Source: a virus (taxonomy: Duplodnaviria; Heunggongvirae; Uroviricota; Caudoviricetes). Taken from it: a DNA stretch of 64,000 bases. The translations under genes were made by a program, and so were the position numbers. Under the pieces are notes generated by a model, which was given only the letters and a program-made list of their open reading frames with translations, did not search any database and was not told the DNA's origin. Below are positions 60,218 through 64,000 of the stretch, piece after piece. The stretch's first letter is position 1. Every line of letters begins with the position of its first letter. The stretch spans positions 265,798 to 329,797 of the IMG/VR virus record IMGVR_UViG_3300031992_004563, one strand, 5' to 3'.

Positions 60218-60750
60218 AAGTCAAATTTATCAATTGTTTCTTGTCCATACTTTTTCCAATGGGCCAATGAACTTTTATTTAATTTTATATTAAGTGTTGG
60301 GTTGTTAATAATATGTCTTAAACATTCTCTATGAATATGATTCAATATATTTTGTATTTCATGCACATAATTAAAATTTATTGAATCATTAGATGTATTT
60401 GGATGAAATTCAAATCTTCCATAATAAAAGTTTATACGGCCATATTGAGTATCAAAATAATAATCATAAGGGTTTTCATTATATGGTAATGGCCATCCCT
60501 CTTTATTATACTTATCTATTTCTGATTGAAAAATTACAGTTTGATGATAAGTACTATACCTACCATTTTTTATAATTTCTTCTGTTACTTCTATAGGTTC
60601 AATATTATCCAGCTTTTCAGTTATTTTATTACCATTCTTGGATAATAATGTAACCCTGTTTTTACTGGCAATAATATCTTCAACTTTAAGATATTCTTTA
60701 TTGCCTTTAATGGTAACATAATTTCCAGTTTTTAATTCAGATGCTTCCAT
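60199..60750 (-). CDS. Hypothetical protein
   Basis: 183-aa ORF. Confidence 0.45.
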   Translation of the reverse strand: MEASELKTGNYVTIKGNKEYLKVEDIIASKNRVTLLSKNGNKITEKLDNIEPIEVTEEIIKNGRYSTYHQTVIFQSEIDKYNKEGWPLPYNENPYDYYFDTQYGRINFYYGRFEFHPNTSNDSINFNYVHEIQNILNHIHRECLRHIINNPTLNIKLNKSSLAHWKKYGQETIDKFDLWKQNK

Positions 60751-60765
60751 AATTATTTAAGATTT

Positions 60766-61152
60766 TTACACCATTCTTTTTTCGCTATAAATACACCAGC
60801 CTTTAACATTCATTTTTTCATTTTTCTTTGGACAAAATACATGTCGTTTATCATCTTCAATAGGTTGAGCATGTACACAATGCTGGCATGTATCATCATC
60901 CCATCTATTATGGAATTTTTCGCATCCGCATCTGCCCTTAATATATTCTTGTCCTTTACACCTGCCACTTCTAGCCTCATCACAGTACTTACATTTAGGA
61001 TCCATAAAATCCTTTTCTCCAATAAGAAAAACCTCTGGAGTGACATTATCAAAATGTAATCTATCCATGTCGTCTTGAGCATAATTACCCATACGCACAC
61101 GATTCAACATATCTAATAATTGATTTTCATATTCTTTACCAATATTTCCCAT
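60766..61152 (-). CDS. Cys/His-rich hypothetical protein
   Basis: 128-aa ORF with many Cys and His. Confidence 0.45.
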   Translation of the reverse strand: MGNIGKEYENQLLDMLNRVRMGNYAQDDMDRLHFDNVTPEVFLIGEKDFMDPKCKYCDEARSGRCKGQEYIKGRCGCEKFHNRWDDDTCQHCVHAQPIEDDKRHVFCPKKNEKMNVKGWCIYSEKRMV

Positions 61153-61156
61153 GATA

Positions 61157-61450
61157 TCACGCTAAAGTTTTTAATCTTGTAAATAACAAATCTTTATCAC
61201 CCAAACATGCTACGGCTGTAATGGTATTATTTAAATCTGGTTCTTCGAAGAAACTAAAGTCATATTCATGTTCTTTCATTTCTTCAATCTTTTTATCTAA
61301 TCGGCAATTAAGATAAATTAAAGTTGTATTTAAATCATACTCACCTGGGTGTTCAAGAATCCATTGTGCCAAAGCATGTCCACCTTGAACAGATGCATAC
61401 ATAGGTGCTAACCTACGATTGCATAAAATATACATTCTTTTTTCTTCCAT
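61157..61450 (-). CDS. Small PTH2-like protein (degenerate; …SVQGGHALAQ…TAVACLGD…)
   Basis: Weak pattern similarity to PTH2 in a 97-aa ORF. Confidence 0.3.
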   Translation of the reverse strand: MEEKRMYILCNRRLAPMYASVQGGHALAQWILEHPGEYDLNTTLIYLNCRLDKKIEEMKEHEYDFSFFEEPDLNNTITAVACLGDKDLLFTRLKTLA

Positions 61451-62283
61451 TATTCTATAGGTTTTATAAACTTAAGTGTTTTATATGTGTTTATTGCATA
61501 ATTTGGTATATTGTCAAATGTATATACACCATTCCCATCTGGTATACTTGGGTCTGAATAAAATTTTATATTTTCTGGCAGTTTTTTAATATCTATCTAT
61601 AATATTGTATATTCATTATCATCAAGATGTTCAGTTTTATCTCTAAAATCCTAAAGCATTTTCATTATACATAGTTGATGATCTGATAATGCATCAGTTT
61701 TTGTTCCCATTAAATATATTCTATCTGGATAAGAAAATACATTATTTTTATGTTTTGGAATTAAACCATTTTTTAAAATTTTATTTACATTAATAGAGGG
61801 TGTTGCATGATACAAATATTTATATGTTTTAATTATATCTGTAATATCTTTTGCAAATTTCTATTCAAAAATTATAATTAAAAGACCTTTATAATGTCGA
61901 GGATTTAATAATTTATAATATCCACATGTATTCATAAAATGAATTAATTCACCAACTATATTTTTCGATGTATTTTCATCTAACATAAATACAATTTGAT
62001 TATTTAAAATACCATTATTTCTACGCTTTGTTATTTCAACTTGAAAATCTTTTAAATCAAATTTTCTACATGCCAATTCTTTAACTTTATTTATATCATA
62101 TGATTTAATTAAACCTTCATTTATTTCATCTTTTAACATATTCTCATATGATAATATATTTGTTAATATTTCAGTTTTTAAAGATTCATCTATTTTTTCT
62201 AATTTTCCAGATGAACCTGATTTAAATAATTCTTTATTTTTATGATATTGTATTATTAAATTTTCAAGTTCCTGTGTAGACAT
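61450..62283 (-). CDS. Hypothetical protein read through three in-frame TAGs (61861-61863, 61651-61653, 61597-61599)
   Basis: Track ORF 61861-62283 ends in TAG. The same minus-strand frame has no TAA or TGA until 61450-61452, which overlaps the next ATG (TAATG). Confidence 0.45.
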
Positions 62284-62349
62284 TTTTACTAAAATTATTT
62301 TTAATATAATATTATTTTATTTTTATGAAAAAGTTTAAAAATATCATAA

Positions 62350-62380
62350 AAATAGAGGACCGATTTCTCGATCCTCTATA
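62350..62380 (-). terminator. Hairpin terminator downstream of the capsid gene (AGAGGACCGATTTCTCGATCCTCT)
   Basis: Near-perfect inverted repeat after the 62406 stop. Confidence 0.45.
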
Positions 62381-62405
62381 ATATAATGGTTTTTAATTAT
62401 TAAAA

Positions 62406-64000
62406 TCAAAGACCACGGCAATCAACGAAGAATGTAAGGTATTGAGTTTCTGGGAAGAAACCTGCGTCTACCAATGCATAACGTGATTTAATCATGAGTT
62501 TTGGAGCCATTGTACCTTCAGCGATGATACGAACAACTTCGGCCATGATGTATGGGCAGAAATGAACACCTGGTTCGTCTTTTGCACCTTTACGTCCAAC
62601 TAATACACGAGTATCAGAAGCTTTCATCAATGGGTCTACGTAAACTGTTAAACCACATACTGTACCGATTGGGTAAAGTTGACCTGCAGTTTGTTTAACT
62701 GTATTTTCAATTGGTGAGAAGCTATAATGTGCATCAGATTGTAACAATGTAGCAACACGGATGTTAGTTACAACGAATGTAGCAGCACCGTAACGACCAC
62801 GTTGTTGGATCCAGTTAGAAGCAGCTAAGATATTTGTGAAGATTCTCTTGATGAGAGTGTCACGGTTTTCGAAGTTAGCGCCTTCAATAACACCCATAGG
62901 CATTAATGGAAGTTCAACCATTCTTTGAGAAGCGTAACGTTGTTCAGCATCAATATATTCACCTTCAGGAATAGCAAATGCGCGTACTTCAGGATCAGCT
63001 GTTTTGTCGAATTTTTGGAAAGTCATATTTAAGCAAGCTTCAAGACCTTCAACTTCAACAAGTTTAGCGTGGTTCTTCCAACCAAGAGCAAATAAACGAG
63101 ATGTGATGTGACGGTTGATAGTTTGTGATAATTCATTAACACCAGCGTTTTCAACGATCTTTAATACATCGATACCCCATTGTTTTTGTAAGTCAGAAAC
63201 TTGTTCTTGAGTTACTGCACATGCAACTTGGATTGTACCAACTGCAATGTTCTTTGTGAAGAGTTGTAATGAGATTTGACGAGCAGGAGTTAATTCACCT
63301 GTAGCGCGGCTCATTGGTTCATAAAGAACTGTACCATCTTGGTATGTACCAGCCCAAGCATCTTTATCTACTTCACCAGCACCAGTAAAACCAAGAAGTG
63401 AATCTTCTAACATAGAGATTAATTTAGGAGCTTTAACTGTTAAGTTTACATCACCTTCTAATTCTACGTCACCATTAGCGAATGTTTCGCCAAGAGATTG
63501 GTCACCATTAACAACTTTGAACATTGGGTCACCATCAATACGACTCCAACCAATAAATTCAACTGTAAGGTGTTCGTCTTTTTCAACTAAAACTGTACCA
63601 GCTTTTAAACCAGCTTCTTCAAGTTCATGTTTAACAATAACTGCTGGTTTTGCATCAGAACCTTCAGCAAGTACAAGAGCAGCTTTAAATGCGTGAGGAA
63701 GACCATATGCTTCAAATGCTCTATTTGCAACAGTATTAGCTTTTGGTGTACGAGCACTATGAATGTATGCAGGATTTGCATGATCAGCATCAAATGCAGG
63801 AGTTGCACCATATGGTTGTTTGCTACCACTGTATACATAATCCATATATGGAAGAACACCACTAGGACCTGCAAGAGGAGTAGTATTTACAAGTTCAAAA
63901 CCAATAGTTTTAGCAGCAACTTTCATTGCTAATGGAAGAAGAGCTGGGAATTTATCACCAGAACCAAGGATTTGGTCATCAGCTTGTGCTGAACCAGACA
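62406..64000 (-). CDS. Major capsid protein, T4 gp23 family (5-prime partial; the ORF continues beyond the window edge)
   Basis: C-terminal GVHFCPYIM…KSRYAL matches T4 gp23 GIYYAPYV…KTRYGI, and upstream DKFPALLPLA matches KKFPALAAS. The frame stays open beyond 63926 to position 64000. GC content and codon bias are noticeably higher than in surrounding genes, and there is no in-frame TAG. Confidence 0.75.
   Translation of the reverse strand, partial: SGSAQADDQILGSGDKFPALLPLAMKVAAKTIGFELVNTTPLAGPSGVLPYMDYVYSGSKQPYGATPAFDADHANPAYIHSARTPKANTVANRAFEAYGLPHAFKAALVLAEGSDAKPAVIVKHELEEAGLKAGTVLVEKDEHLTVEFIGWSRIDGDPMFKVVNGDQSLGETFANGDVELEGDVNLTVKAPKLISMLEDSLLGFTGAGEVDKDAWAGTYQDGTVLYEPMSRATGELTPARQISLQLFTKNIAVGTIQVACAVTQEQVSDLQKQWGIDVLKIVENAGVNELSQTINRHITSRLFALGWKNHAKLVEVEGLEACLNMTFQKFDKTADPEVRAFAIPEGEYIDAEQRYASQRMVELPLMPMGVIEGANFENRDTLIKRIFTNILAASNWIQQRGRYGAATFVVTNIRVATLLQSDAHYSFSPIENTVKQTAGQLYPIGTVCGLTVYVDPLMKASDTRVLVGRKGAKDEPGVHFCPYIMAEVVRIIAEGTMAPKLMIKSRYALVDAGFFPETQYLTFFVDCRGL

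Noticed and set aside
60810-61100. Overlapping ORFs 60810-61100 (-) and 60841-61059 (+) within 60766-61152
   Set aside because: The longer Cys/His-rich ORF is the consistent one. The shorter ones are alternative-frame artefacts.

Overview
AT-rich (roughly 30% GC by eye), densely coding 64 kb segment that reads as part of a large tailed-phage genome. Phage evidence: a T4 gp23-family major capsid protein at the right edge (partial, minus strand), a tail-fibre-like repeat protein at the left edge, an M15 peptidase (lysin) domain protein and homing-endonuclease-like genes. No integrase or host housekeeping genes were seen. The host is probably a Bacteroidota member, an inference from a repeated promoter motif carrying the Bacteroides-type -7 box TAnnTTTG and a Bacteroidota-style outer-membrane beta-barrel gene.

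The main feature is that many long reading frames are interrupted only by in-frame TAG codons, never by TAA or TGA. They stay in frame for up to about 2.6 kb. In an Ala/Gln-rich low-complexity region, TAG occupies positions that CAA/CAG occupy in parallel repeats. This argues for TAG reassignment to Gln (genetic code 15-like) in a defined subset of genes: adhesin/fibre-like proteins, the lysin-domain protein, a VWA protein and endonuclease-like genes. The major capsid gene, an AAA+ ATPase and the metabolic/auxiliary genes are TAG-free. No CUA-anticodon suppressor tRNA lies in this window.

Other modules:
- an AAA+ (MoxR/CobS-like) ATPase, an HExxH metallopeptidase-like protein and a VWA/MIDAS protein in a row
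- a PncA, CCA-adding enzyme, PncB operon (NAD salvage)
- a tRNA/RNA repair set: P-loop kinase (PNK-like), RNA ligase, a second minimal ligase and PTH2
- candidate DNA-modification genes: ThyA-family enzyme with a Cys-Cys active-site motif, dNMP kinase, C5-MTase-family protein, GT4 glycosyltransferase
- a flotillin(SPFH)-NfeD pair
- glycan-modifying genes: SDR epimerase, GT25 and GT-like proteins
- one tRNA-Arg(UCU) flanked by an endonuclease-like gene and a diverged partial tRNA copy.
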